Shown: one piece after another, positions 12,269 to 24,957 of the stretch
Numbering within the stretch: position 1 is the first letter of the stretch
Layout: every line of letters starts with the position of its first letter
Assembly (NCBI RefSeq): GCF_902713615.1
Contig: NC_052156.1
Span: 40,532,776-40,596,775, forward strand
Length of the DNA: 64,000 nucleotides
Direction: 5' to 3'
Source of the DNA: Scyliorhinus canicula
Lineage: Eukaryota
Translations under genes and position numbers: made by a program
The notes under the pieces: model-generated
Database searches by the model: none
Told to the model about the DNA's origin: nothing
The model's input: only the letters and a program-made list of their open reading frames with translations

Positions 12269-12475
12269 GGGCAGCACAGTGGCGCATTGGTTAGCAATGC
12301 TGCTTCGTGGCCCAGGTTCAATTCCGGCTCTGGGTCACTGTCCGTGTGGAGTTTGCACATTCTTAGCGTGGGTTTCGCCCCCACAACCCAAAACGATGTG
12401 CAGGGTAGGTGGATTGGCCACGCTAAATTGCCCCTTAATTGGAAAAATTGAATTGGATACTCTAAATCTAAAAAG
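12269..12475 (+). mobile_element. HE1/V-SINE, short-tail type
   Basis: SINE consensus with flanking duplication AAATTCAGGCC. Confidence 0.88.
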
Positions 12476-12974
12476 AAATTCAGGCCATTATTTCACAACT
12501 TTGAGGTTAACAAGAATAATTAGTTACAATTAACCCTTTTAAAGAAAAAGAAACTAATCGTGGAATACCCATTACACAAAGAAAGAGAAGATGCATTGCC
12601 TGGGGTAAATCTGTAGTCAATCACTCTATTTTTCAAATACATGGATGAGGAGATCAGTTGGCCCATTCTTTAGAAAACCATTCTTTATAAAAATATATCA
12701 AAATACTTTCACTCTTTCCTATGCATCAAATTGATATTAGGATCATTCAGCACAAAACGTTAGGCTCTAAATTTGCTATATTGATGAGTATTTAATTGTT
12801 CAATTATGATAATCTTCTATGTCCTAGCATCCCAACTAGTATTATGATTACAATATTGCATCTATATTTGCAGCAAACATCAAGTATGAAGGTTCAGATT
12901 TGAGAACAGGTTTGAATTCATTTATCACAATTATAAAAGAGAGCAGTTTATACAAAAATCCACGTGGAACTGTT

Positions 12975-13190
12975 TTTTATTTTTTCAAATTTAGAGTACC
13001 AATATTATTTTTTTCCAATTAAGGGGAAATTTAGGGTGGCCAATCCCCCTATCCTGCACATCTTTTGGTTTGTGGGAGTGGGACCCACGCGGACACGGGG
13101 AGAATGTGCAAACTCTACACGGGCAGTGACCCGATGCCGGGATCGAACCTGGGTCTCAGCGTCATGAAGCAGCAGTGCTAACCACCGCAG
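12975..13190 (-). mobile_element. HE1/V-SINE, short-tail type
   Basis: SINE consensus. Confidence 0.85.
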
Positions 13191-13264
13191 TTACAAAGAA
13201 AATGCTTACCTGTTAATTTGAGAATATATTTTAGTTAAGAATGAACACTCCCTCAAAAGATATA

Positions 13265-14587
13265 GGGCGGGATTCTCCGACCCCCCCCCTGACGGGTTGG
13301 AGAATCGCCGGGGGTCAGCGTGAATCCCACCCCGCCGCCGGCTGCAGAATTCTCCGGAGCCGGTTTTTTGTCAGGGGCGGGGATCACGTCGTGCCGATCG
13401 GGGGATGTTGGCAGTGGCCCCCCGGGCGATTCTCCGGGCCCCAATGGGCCTAGCGGCCGCCCGTTTTCGGCTAGTCCCGCAGATGTGGATTAGACAAGGT
13501 CCATACCGGCGGGACCTGGCTTTGAGGGCGGCTTGCAGAGTCCTCAGGGGGGCTCGGGGGGGGGGGGGGGGGGGGGGGGGAATCCAGCCCCTGGCCCCCC
13601 CCCCCCCAATGGTGGCCTGGCCCGCGATCGGGACTCACCGATCTGCGGGCGGGCCTGTGCCGTGGGGGCACTCTTTCGCTCTGCGCCGGCCTCTGTAAAG
13701 CTCCGCCATGGCCGGCGCGGAGAACATACCCCCTGCGCATGTGCAGGGATCACGCCAGAGGTTCTGCACATGCGCCAGAACACGTTTTTGATCATCTGAC
13801 CTGGTATTACCTTACGTGATTCGGCGTTGTATTTTGTTTTACAATGCTCCTGTGATGCCTTGGGATGTTTTATTAGAACATAGAACATAGAACAGTACAG
13901 CACAGAACAGGCCCTTCGGCCCTCAATGTTGTGCCGAGCCATGATCACCCTACTCAAACCCACGTATCCACCCTATACCCGTAACCCAACAACCCCCCCT
14001 TAACCTTACTTTTTTATTAGGACACTACGGGCAATTTAGCATGGCCAATCCACCTAACCCGCACATCTTTGGACTGTGGGAGGAAACCGGAGCACCCGGA
14101 GGAAACCCACGCACACAGGGGGAGGACGTACAGACTCCACACAGACAGTGACCCAGCCGGGAATCGAACCTGGGACCCTGGAGCTGTGAAGCATTTATGC
14201 TAACCACCATGCTACCCTGCTGCCCCTATTAGGTTAAAGGTGCTATAGAAATATACGTTGCTGTGCCTGAAACTGAGACCCCTAATTTCACTTTTAGTCA
14301 CCCTCACCATGAAAAGCATAATATTCAAGTTAAAAATTATGGCCGGGATTCTCCCCCAACCGGCGGGCGGGCTGTACGCCAGAGTGGTTCCTGCGCATGC
14401 GCCAACTCGCACCGACTGGCGGAGGCCCTTCGGCGCCGGTTGGAGCTGCGCCAACCACTCCAGCGCCGGCCTAGCTCCCGGAAATGCGGAGGATTCCGCA
14501 ACTTCCGGGCGGCCCGACGCCGGAGTGGTTCACGCCACTCTTTGGCACCGGTACGGCCCGCCCGCCGGTTGGGGGAGAATCCCGGCC
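13265..14587. mobile_element. Harbinger-type MITE disrupted by an internal inverted duplication
   Basis: Ends GGGCGGGATTCTCC (13265) and GGAGAATCCCGGCC (14587). TSD ATA at 13262-13264 and 14588-14590. Confidence 0.85.
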
Positions 14588-14791
14588 ATAATTTTTAACT
14601 TGAATATTATGCTTTTCATGGTGAGGGTGACTAAAAGTGAAATTAGGGATCTCAGTTTCAGGCACAGCAACGTATATTTCTATAGCACCTTTAACCTAAT
14701 AAAACATCCCAAGGCATCACAGGAGCATTGTAAAACAAAATACAACGCCGAATCACGTAAGGTAATACCAGGTCAGATGATCAAAAACGTG
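13781..14791. repeat. Inverted duplication with arms of about 240 bp (13781-13876 plus 14227-14377 versus 14551-14791)
   Basis: Arms are reverse complements with about 2 mismatches by eye. The left arm is split by a SINE. Confidence 0.93.
13877..14225 (-). mobile_element. HE1/V-SINE with long CR1-like tail
   Basis: Full SINE ending in (TTCTATG)n, TSD TATTAG. Confidence 0.92.
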
Positions 14792-15360
14792 GCCAAAAAT
14801 GGCATGTTTTAAGGATGAGGAAAGTGAGGTAACGATGGGGAGAGGTGTAGGGAGGGAATTCCAGAGCTTTGGGCCCATAGACAACTGAAGGAATGGCCAT
14901 CCATGATGGAATTATTAAAATTGATGAAGCTAAAGAGGCCAGAATTAGATGCAAGCAGAAATCTAGGATGATTGTGGGGCAGGGGGAAGTTACAGATATA
15001 GGAGGGGCTGAGGCCACAGAAAGATTTGAAATCAAGTACACAAGACATTTCTTGACCAGAAGTCAATGTATGTCATTAAGTACAGGGGTGATAGGTGAAT
15101 GAGACTTGGTGAAGTTAGGACATGGGCAGTAGAATTTTGGATAACCATTCTGTTTAGGGAGTGTGGAATTTTGGAAGCTAGCCGAGAGTGCATTAGAATA
15201 ATGAAGTCTGGAGGAAAAAAAAGCAGTGGGTTTTAGTAGCAGATGTGTTGAATCAGAAGTGAAGTCGGGTGATGTTATCGAGATGGATATAGGATGTCTT
15301 TGTGATGGTGCAACTATATCGTTGGAAGTTCATCTTCAGATTAAATACAACATCATCAAG
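14665..15360 (-). mobile_element. L2-type LINE 3' fragment (degenerate)
   Basis: Tail ATATTTCTATAGCACCTTTAA..CATCCCAAGGC and GGGAGGGAATTCCAGAGCTTTGGGCC typical of L2 3' ends. Confidence 0.6.
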
Positions 15361-16061
15361 GTTGTGAACAACTACATCAATGTTAAATGCTCACTTTACT
15401 CTGTTTCAGTACGTCTTATCCCAGCCTCAGAAAGGCACCCCCTATTCCACCAGTATGGCACGTTTCCATTTCCCACTTCAGCCATCCTGTGATCTTTGAT
15501 GATTGCCCAAAGTAATTTTAGCTAAAAAGCATGTTTATGCAGGAATATTTTAAAGCAAAAAAAGTTTTAAAAGTGCATTCAACTGCAAAGTTGCTGCTTG
15601 GCATGGGGTTCCTGGAATGTGGAAATGCACCTGTAGATCATAGAGCTGGAATAATATAAAGAAATATTCAGCTAATAATTGGTAAGAATGTATTCTCATA
15701 CAGTCAAACAGCGGTAATTACCGTGCATGAGGGCTAATTAGAACCATCCCCCTGAACAGCTGGAGTACAGTTTGTGGCAGACACAGAAACCTTTGAATGT
15801 TTTTCATTCCAGTTTTCTTTGCGTGACTACATCGTGTTTCTGTGCACAACACACGGGAGGCTGCGCAAATCTTTCCAAATCGCAGACCCAACTGCCTTTG
15901 AAAATGGTATTTTTCCTAATAATACACCCAAACCAATTTTTAAAAAATGTAAAAAATGAAATTGCTTTCTCTCATTTGTACATAATTAGACAGAGAGTGT
16001 GCAAAATATTTGACGGGAAAAAGTCCCCAGTATTTAAAACATCTCTGTGAAACTGAACACC

Positions 16062-16802
16062 AAGGCTGCGATCCAATGGCCACTCTGCACCTGAAAAGCA
16101 GCTCGCCACGCCGCAGCCTGTCCGATGAAAGCCGAGAGACCCCGCTCCTGGGATCTACCTGGCTCGCCGCACCTTGCGAGATTCACATTTTGGCAAATCT
16201 GCATATTAGAGCGAGGCAGTAAACCTCACTAATGTGCAGGTTCCCAAGGTGCCCGAGGCTTTGGGATTCAACCCCTACGCCTTGGAGAACTCGGGCGTGC
16301 GCCATTCAGCACTGGTCCCCACAAACGGGAACAAGACAGAACGGCGCTTGTCTCCCAGGGGATCGGAGGACCCAGCTACATGCCCTTTGGGCAGGGTGGT
16401 GCCCTGGCACTACTGATGCCACCATGCCACCTTGGTAGTGCCAGCCCAGCACCAGAAAGGTGGTGCCCTGCTTGAGTGGGGGTGGGTTGGGATGTGGTGT
16501 GGTGGGGTGGGGAATGGGAACCCTCCCATAGTGCTCTCCCGTAGTGCATTCAGGCCTGTGTGGAGGTCGGGGATCAGCCATGATTGAATGGTGGAGCAGA
16601 CTCGATGGGCCGATTGGCCTAATTCTGCTCCTATGTCTTATGGTCTTATGGTTTTGGCGGTCTTGGAGATCGGGACGCTATTTGATCTCCCCACTGTACT
16701 AAACAGGGCTATGTGTGCGCTCGGCCACGCATTCCTTGTTCAGGCCCCTTATTCAATGTGCTCACTAGGGGACTTTGTTCCCTTTTGGCAGAATCGTGCC
16801 CC
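16062..16802. mobile_element. Harbinger-type non-autonomous element (older)
   Basis: Ends GGCTGCGATCC / GAATCGTGCCC. Internal similarity to 24280-24957, 42250-44409 and 61047-61844 (for example ATCTGCATATTA). Confidence 0.65.
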
Positions 16803-17326
16803 AAGAAACAACAACCGTTTTCTTTTAGTGACAATCATTGCAGTTTAAAGGATGGGGAGAACCTCAAATCAGGCCTCCAGTTAACTGCCCGACTTCGAAA
16901 TGTCAACAGGAAAGATCTGTCTGGAAATCTTGCTGTTTTGGTTTTGAGTTTTGGTGTTAAGAGTCCAGCTATATCTCATCAATCTGGCCATAGCTGTTAA
17001 AATTCATGCCTGTCCTATTCATTGCTAGAGTACAAAAGAGTGAGACAGAATCTCCTATTTTGATGGTTATCAAGATCGTGATTAAAAGCAATCCAAATAG
17101 GAAACTATGTTAACTTTGCCACAGGGCTTTGTTCAACAACGTAAATGGACCTTAATTAGGCTGCTGCAAGTCTTTAAGGTGACACTGAATCTTCTGCCTT
17201 TCCTGCTGGAGTTAATTCAGCAAAACATAACCCTTCCATTTAGATAGGCATTCCTTCATAGGCCTCATGATTAAAGTGAATAGATCGCTCCCTACTTCAA
17301 CTAACTCACTTATTTCCAAACACATG

Positions 17327-17979
17327 GGGCTGGATTCTCCACACCCTGACGCTGAAATCACGTTCGGCAGCGGGGTGGAGAATCCATTTTCGAATTCGGG
17401 ACCGGCGCAGGTTCCGCTATTCTCCGCGCCCCCCAAAAGCGGCTTAATCGGGGAGTACACCGCAATGAGTATCCACCGCCTCAGGCCATTGGCTGAGGCC
17501 TGCCCCACTATTTTCTGTCCCCGACCGGCTGAATTCCTGACGGTGTGTTTCTTATGTCCTGCCGTTCGGGAAACTTGCAAGGCGACTGCGGGCTCAGTCT
17601 GGGGCCGCCACAGTCGGGGGAGGACCAATCGGAGGGTAGAGGGGGTCTAATTTGTTACTGTGGGCTATGTGTGCGGTCGGTCAGGGTCGGGCGAGCGGCC
17701 GATCGGGAGCATTAATTCGGCGAACCATGTTGCGGGCTGATTCTGTCTTGGAGCATGGTGCAGCCGCTGGAGGCCACCCCCGTGCACAAGCACGGCCTCT
17801 GACCCGCAAATGCGGGGAACCGTATTGGCAGCTAGATCTGAGAGCTGCACGACAGCTGCCTGCTAGCCCCCTGTAAGAGGGTGAATCTGTGGCCTTTTGA
17901 TGCCAGTTTTCCTGGCGTAAAAGACCACAGTTTTCACGACGGCATGGGGACATAGTCCCTGAAACAGAGAATCCAGCCC
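17327..17979. mobile_element. Harbinger-type MITE
   Basis: TIR GGGCTGGATTCTC / GAGAATCCAGCCC, TSD ATG. Confidence 0.85.
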
Positions 17980-18004
17980 ATGGTGGGAGTTTGTTAAAAA
18001 TCTA

Positions 18005-18221
18005 GGGCTGGATTCTCCGCCATGGGGATGCTCCGTTTTGCCGCCAGCCCAGGGGTTTCCCGAAGGCGTGGGGCTGCCCCACAGTGGGAAACTCCATTGA
18101 CCAGCCGTCGTAAGGGAGCATCCCGCGGCATGTTGCACCAGAAATTTGGTGCGGTGGGACGGAGCATCCCGCCGGCAGGGTGAAACAGAAATCTGGCCCA
18201 GCGGGGCAGAGAATCCTGCCC
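18005..18221. mobile_element. Short Harbinger-type MITE
   Basis: TIR GGGCTGGATTCTC / GAGAATCCTGCCC. Confidence 0.75.
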
Positions 18222-18488
18222 CCAGTCCTTGATGCAGGATGGATTAAAATATTTTGCTAAATTATCCAAGAGAACGCTCAGTTTAATATTCACACTCACA
18301 AGGTGTTCCAACTCTGAAGAAAAACACACACTAAATTTCACCCAAGACCGCTTCCCTAATCCTCTGGAAGACACAGAATGGGGCGGCTAGTTTTGGGTGG
18401 GGTGTCTCTGCCACCTTCCAACAGCCATGGTCAGGGAGCGCTTTTAGGTTTAGGTCATCAATTTATTCCAGTCAGATTTACTAAGAGA

Positions 18489-21400
18489 TGGATATCAGAA
18501 TCAAACCAGATCACCTGCAGCTGGATCCACACTCACCCGATGCCAGAAAGGACTTTAATCACTGGCTGACTTGTTTTGAGGCCTAAATCCACGCTGCGAA
18601 CCCCACACCGACGGAAGCTCAGAAGATTCAGGATTTATACTCCAGGTTGAGCTCCAACGTGTTCCCATTGATCCAGTTCGCCCCGAGTTACGCGGAAGCG
18701 ATGGCACTCCTAAAAGAGAACTACGCACAGAAAGCAAACACGCTCTTCGCCAGGCACGTACTCGCCACTCGCGGTCAACTCCCTGGTGAGTCTATCGAAG
18801 ACTTCTGGCGGGCTCTAATCCCACTCGTACGGGACTGTAACTGTCAGGCCGTTACAGCCACTGAACATTCCAATCTCCTCATATGCGACACATTCGTAAC
18901 GGGGAATGCGTCGGACCCCATCCGACAACGACTGCTGGAAGGGGCCATAGTCGACCTAATGGAGACAAAAGCTTTAGCGCTCTCCATGATGGTCGCATCT
19001 CGAAACGTCCAGGCCTACCCCGCTCGCCGCGTGGCCCGCCCGTCCTATCCCTCCTGGATCCCGCAAACGACGCCCCGGCTGGGGCCCTGCTGACACAATA
19101 TGCCTGTGCTGCTCGCCAATCCGCGCACCCCCGGGTCCCCGTTGCTACCTCTGCGGTCAGCAGAAGCACCCCTGTCAATGCTGCCCGGCCCGCGCTGCCA
19201 CTTGCAAGTCCTGCAGTAAAGAGGGCCACCTCGCAGCTGTGTGCCAGGCCCACGCAGTCACCGCTATCGCACCCGCAATCGCCCCCTTCCCCCTTCCGAA
19301 CGCACAATGGGCGCCGCCATCTTCTCCTCCTTGGGCCACTTGCGACCAGTGGGCGCCGCCATCTTCCCCTCCCAGGGCCAGGTGCAGCCAGTGGGCGCCG
19401 CCAACCCCCCCCACACTCCACGTGCGGCCCATGGGCACCGCCACCTTGCCCCGCCCCCGCATGTGCGCTCCATGGGCGCCTCCATTTTGTTCCCTCCAGG
19501 ACCCCCGGACGCCGCCATTTTGTCTCCCACACGGGGCTGGAACGCCAGATTGGGGTCGCCGACACTCTACATCTGAAACCTCGGACGACCACCCGCAGCT
19601 CGCCTCGATGACACTGGACCAGTCTCGTCCTCACAACCTGGCCACCGCTTCGACGATGGTGAAAATCAACGGCCACGTGACCTCTTGCCTGCTGGACTCC
19701 GAGAGCACCGAAAGCTTCATTCACCCAGACACGGTAAGGCGCTGCTCCCTCGCGGTCCACCCCGCCAACCAACGGATCTCCCTGGCCTCTGGATCCCACT
19801 CTGTCCCGATCCGAGGGTTCTGCGTGGTCAATCTCACTGTCCAGGGCGTAGAATTCAGCGGTTTCCGCCTCTATGTCCTCCCCAACCTCTGTACTGCACT
19901 ATTGCTGGGCCTGGATTTTCAGTGCAACCTCCAAAGCCTCACCCTCAAATTCAGCGGGCCCCTACCTCCACTCACGCTTTGCGGCCTCACGACCCTCAAG
20001 GTTGACCCCCCCTCCCTCTTTGCCAATCTAACTGCGGATTGCAAGCCCGTCGCCACCAGGAGCAGACGGTACAGCACCCACGACAAGACCTTCATCAGGT
20101 CCGAAGTCCAGCGGCTGCTTCGGGAGGGTATCATCGAGGCCAGCAACAGCCCCTGGAGAGCTCAAGTGGTAGTAGTAAAAATGGGGGAGAAACACAGAAT
20201 GGTTATGGACTACAGCCAGACCAGCAATTGGTACACGCAGCTCAACGCGTACCCCCTCCTACGCATATCTGAGATGGTCAACCAGATTGCGTAGTACCGG
20301 GTCTTCTCAACAATTGACCTGAAATCCGCCTACCACCAGCTCCCCATTCGTAAATCGGACCGTCCATACACTGCCTTCGAGGCGGACGGTCTTCTCTATC
20401 AATTCCTTAGGGTTGCCTTCGGCGTCACTAACGGGATCTCGGTCTTCCAAAGGGAGATGGACCGAATGGTCAACCGGTACGGTTTGCGGGCCACGTTTCC
20501 ATCCTAGACAATGTCACCATCTGCGGCCATGACCAGCAGGACCATGACGCCAACCTCTCTAAATTCCTCCGCACCACCACTCTCCTCAACCTTACGTACA
20601 ACAAGGAGAAGTGTGTGTTCCGCACGACCCGCCTAGCCATCCTCGGCTATGTAGTCCAAAACGGACTTCTGGGGCCTGATCCCGACTGCATGCGCCCCCT
20701 CATGGAGCTTCCCCTCCCCCACTGCCCCAAGGCCCTCAAACACTGCCTGGTGTTCTTCACCTACTACGCCCAGTGTGTCCCAAACTATGCAGCCAAGGCC
20801 CGCCCACTCATACAGTCCACTCAATTCCCCCTTGCGGCCGAGGCACAACGCGCCTTCGCCCAGATCAGAGCAGGCATAGCCAAGGCTGGGATGCATGCAG
20901 TAGACGAGGCATTCCCCTTTCAAGTTAAAAGCAACGCTTCAGATGTCACCCTCGCCACTCTAAACCAGGCAGGCAGACCCGTGGCATTCTTTTCCCGCAC
21001 CCTTCATGCCTTTGAAATTCGGCACTCATCCATCGAAAAAGAGGCCCAAGCTATCGTTGAAGCTGTGCGGCATTGGAGGCATTACCTGGCCGGCAGGAGA
21101 TTCACTCTCCTCACTGACCAACGGTCGGTAGCCTTCATGTTCAACAACACGCAGCGGTGGAGAATCGAGTTCTCCACCTATAATTTCGAGATTTTGTATC
21201 GCCCCGGAAAACTCAACGAGTCCCTCGACGCTCTTTCCCGACGTACATGTGCCAGCGCACAAGTAGACTGACTCCGGGCCCTGCATGACAGCCTTTGTCA
21301 CCCGGGGGTCACTCGATTATACCACCTCGTCAAAGCCCGCAATCTGCCCTACTCCGTCGAGGAAGTACGGGCAGTCACCAGAGACTGCCAGGTCTGTGCG

Positions 21401-21890
21401 GAGTGCAAGCCGCACTTCTACCGGCCAGACCGCGCGCGCCCGGTGAACGCCCCAGCGCGGATTTCAAAGGGCCCCTCCTCTCCACCGACCGCAACACATA
21501 TATCCTCAGTGTGGTCGATGAATACTCAAGGTTCCCCTTCGCCATCCCATGCCCCGATATGACGTCTGCCACCGTCATCAAGACCCTCAACACAAACTTC
21601 GCTCTGTTCGGATTCCCTGCCTACATCCACAGTGACAGGGGATCCTCATTCATGAGTGATGAACTGCATCAGTTCCTGCTAAGCAGGGTAAGTTACAACC
21701 CCGGGGAAACGGGCAGGGAGAGGGGGAGAACAGGACGGTTTGGAGGGCTGTCCAGCTGCCAGAAACCTCCCAGCTTCTCACTGGCAGGAGGTCCTCCCTG
21801 ATGCACTACACTCCATACGGTCACTACTGTGCACCGCCACAAATAATATACCCCATGAACGTGTTTTTACCTTCCCTAGGAAGTCCACAT
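18489..21890 (+). mobile_element. Gypsy/Ty3 LTR-retrotransposon internal region (gag-PR-RT-RH-IN), pseudogenised, LTRs not seen
   Basis: Gag start MDIRIKPDHLQLD; protease LLDSESTESF; RT SPWRAQVVVV, IDLKSAYHQ, LDNVTICG; RNase H PVAFFSRTL..EKEAQAIVEAVRHWRHYL..TDQRS; integrase HHCC and DFKGPL, VVDEYSRFPFA, HSDRGSSF in Gypsy order. Multiple stops and frameshifts. Confidence 0.93.
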
Positions 21891-22029
21891 AGAAACTGAA
21901 TAAGATTGCTGTTGTGCCAAATATTCTGAAAGTAGGCTGTATTCAACTCGACTGTGAGATTTATTTTAACAAGCATTCAAAATTACTTTTGCCTTGGTGC
22001 ATTTTTGAATAGAGGTCGTACACAGACAA

Positions 22030-22570
22030 AATGCTCAGCAATGTGCGGACGAGCCAGATTTCAGACAAGGCTGGAAGAGTCTGCCCACGTTATAAGTACT
22101 GTCATGGCTGTGGCATATGAATGCTTGTTCACTTCCATGGAAAGGGGGGCGACCACCTTGGAGAGTCAAATCTGGAGGAATGCTCAGTCGCCGCCAGATA
22201 TGTGCTCGAACCTGCACTCCATTGTGCTAGCCAAGAGGGGGGGAGGCACCGTGACCATTCTGCAGGTGCCCCTTCTCCTTAAGGAGCTAAGGAGGTGCCA
22301 TCTCACACTGACTACGGGAGCGTCAGCAAAAAGGCTTCATCTCAGGACATTCCACAGGCGTCCTGCCTCTCCACCTTCCCTCTGCCAGTGACCCCATCGC
22401 TTCCAGCAGATCAGGATGAGGAGGGTGCACTTGTGCAGGAGACCCACCACAGGCATTGGACCATCAGAGGACAGTCGCCAATAGGTCCTCTCAGGCAACA
22501 GGGCATAGCAGTCAGCCTCCACTTCAGCTGTGAACGTCAGGGCTGCATCTTGGCGTAGTAATAGAAAAAG
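22030..22570 (+). pseudogene. Possible Harbinger ORF2 C-terminal relic
   Basis: Coiled-coil-like RLEESAH..MERGATTLE followed by a low-complexity tail, similar in character to 7077-7980. Confidence 0.3.
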
Positions 22571-23221
22571 AAAGATTAAGAAATGAAAAGGCACCAAGTT
22601 GGCACAGGGGTCTAATCACTTGATATGAAATACACTTGTAAATGTAGTTTAATTTCACTTTATTCATGTACATTGTATTTCCATGATGTTGCTAGTTGCT
22701 GCAATGGTCATGCGCATTTAAGGACATTACACTTTGTCTCCGATCAGTCTTGGATCATATGGTCCTATGGATACACCATTGATTGTGTCACATCATCAGT
22801 AGTGGCTTCTCTGGGCCGAATGGCCTCCTTCTGTACTATAAATTGTATTAATTAAGTCCATCTCTGAGTATTCTGACATGTGTAGGATTGAACCTTGGGC
22901 ATCAGTTGTAAAGTTGAGGCCTTAGAACGTAACTGACACCCATCAAATAGTGTTTGCCTGGTTTTCATCCCTCAGAAGCTGCTGACCGAGCAGCATCTAC
23001 AGCAGGGTTATTGTTTGCTTGATGGGATCTGCATGACAAGAGTTCTTTGCAAAACCTTGCCACCATTTGGAGAATGTGTCAGAGAGTCATGAGGGCGTCC
23101 CTGCCAAATTAAGGGTGATGTATCTTCCAATGTAGGGTGCATATGGGCTTGCTTGTGCCAAATGTCTGCAGCATTTTTACTTTCAGGTGCCAGAGGACAA
23201 AGGAATATTGCAGTGTTATAC

Positions 23222-23945
23222 AAACATATGAATCAGGAACAGGAGTGGCCATTCAATCCCTCGAGCCTGCCCGGTCATTCGATAAGATCATGGCTGCTCT
23301 GATTGTAACCCCAACTCCACATTCCTGCCAACCCCCGATAACATTTGACTTCTGGTTAGTCAAGAATCTGTGTGGCTGTGCTTGAAAACTATCCAAAGAT
23401 CTGCCTCCACCACTCTCCGGGGAAAGGATTCCTGACTCTCAGAGAAAAAAACTTCTCCTCATCCCTGTCTTATTTTTAAACCATGTCCCCTAGTTCCAGT
23501 CTCTCCCACAAGGGGAAACATCCTTTCAGCATCCACCCTGTCAAGTCCCCTCAGGATCATATATGTTTCAATAAGGTCACCTCTCATTCTTCTAAACTCC
23601 AATGGATACGGGCCTAGCCTGTCCAACCTTTCTCTCCCCCCCCCCCAACTCCCTATCCCAGGTATCAGTCAAGTGAACCTTCTCGGAACTGCTTCTAACC
23701 CATTTATATCCTTTTTTAAATAAGAAGGCCAAAACTGTACATTGTACCCCAGGCATGGTCCCATCAATACCCTGTACAACTGTAGCAAACCATCCCCACT
23801 TTTATATTCCATTGCCCTTGCAATAAAGAGCAACATTCCATTTGCCTTCCATCCACTTGCTGCACCTACATACCAACGTTTTGTGATACATGTACCAGGA
23901 TACGCAGATCCCTCTGTACCTCAACAGTTCTTCAACGTCTCTCAG
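23222..23945 (-). mobile_element. CR1 LINE 3' fragment
   Basis: Typical CR1 3' end (GGAACAGGAGTGGCCATTCAATCCCTCGAGCCTG) and ORF2 C-terminal remnants. Confidence 0.8.
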
Positions 23946-23959
23946 GACTCCTGCAACAC

Positions 23960-24280
23960 TCCAAAATATTCAGCTACATGTTTGGGAATAGTAGGCTTCA
24001 TCTCATGCGAAGCCGGCATCCCATCAGCAGTTCCGCTGGGTGATTCATGTTGTTGCGTGAGGAGTGGTCCTATAGTCGAATCGAAATTGTGCCAATTTGG
24101 TCTCAATGGATGTCGCAGGCCGTTTCTTCATGCCCGTTTTAAATGTCTACATTGCCACTTCCGTCAGCCTATTTAACTATGGGTGATAATCTGCTGTTAT
24201 GATATGTCTTATGCCATTGGATAGCATGACGTTTTGGAACTCACTACTAGTGAAGGCAGTGCCGTTATCAGAAACCAGGC
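23960..24280 (-). pseudogene. Gypsy integrase core fragment
   Basis: Minus strand reads LVSDNGTAFTSSEFQ..NGIRHI..YHP*..YRTTPHATT..PAELLMG. Confidence 0.85.
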
Positions 24281-24957
24281 CTTCAGCGATCGCATTGTGC
24301 CCAGTGGGGATCTGGGCTCACCAGATGAATCCCAGAGATCCCCAAATCGGGCTCTGTTCCGGGCGCTGGGCTGATTGTGAGTCATCCGACTTGTTCCGCC
24401 TGGCACAATCTGGATATCGCCTTTGCTGGGCGAGATCCAGATCTGCATATTTAAATTAACTATTAGGCACATTTAAATATCCGGATGCCTGATTCACCCA
24501 GTGCCCGGGAGTCAATGGCCGTGCCTGCAAGACCTCGCCAGGGTACCATTTAGTACTGGTCTCTACAAATGTCAACATCGGGGGGTCTCGTAAGCCATTA
24601 GAGATCCCCGCGTGGTTGGAGACAGGGCAGGGTGGTACCCTGGCACTCTCCATAGCACCTGGGCACTTTGGCACTGCCAACATGGCACCCTGGTAGCGTC
24701 ACCCAGGCACCTTGGCAATGCCAATACTGCTGTTCATAATGGTACCCCGATCTGCGAGCAGCTATTCCTGCTAGCAAGATCAGCTCGCCAGTAGGGAATC
24801 TCTCCGTATGGCCTTGGCGGGGAGAAACTCAACGATGCCAAAAAACGGCAAGTGCCATTGAATAGTGGAGTGATTCTCATCTCAGCAGATGCCGAAAAAC
24901 ATACTGTCAAATCTGCCCAAAAGCAGACGTTAACTTTCGTCCGCTGAATCGTGCCCC
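24281..24957. mobile_element. Harbinger-type non-autonomous element, partial
   Basis: Ends GAATCGTGCCC. Same family as 16062-16802. Confidence 0.6.

Noticed and set aside
18879-19799. 306-aa antisense ORF over Gypsy gag/protease
   Set aside because: Shadow frame of GC-rich, repetitive coding DNA.
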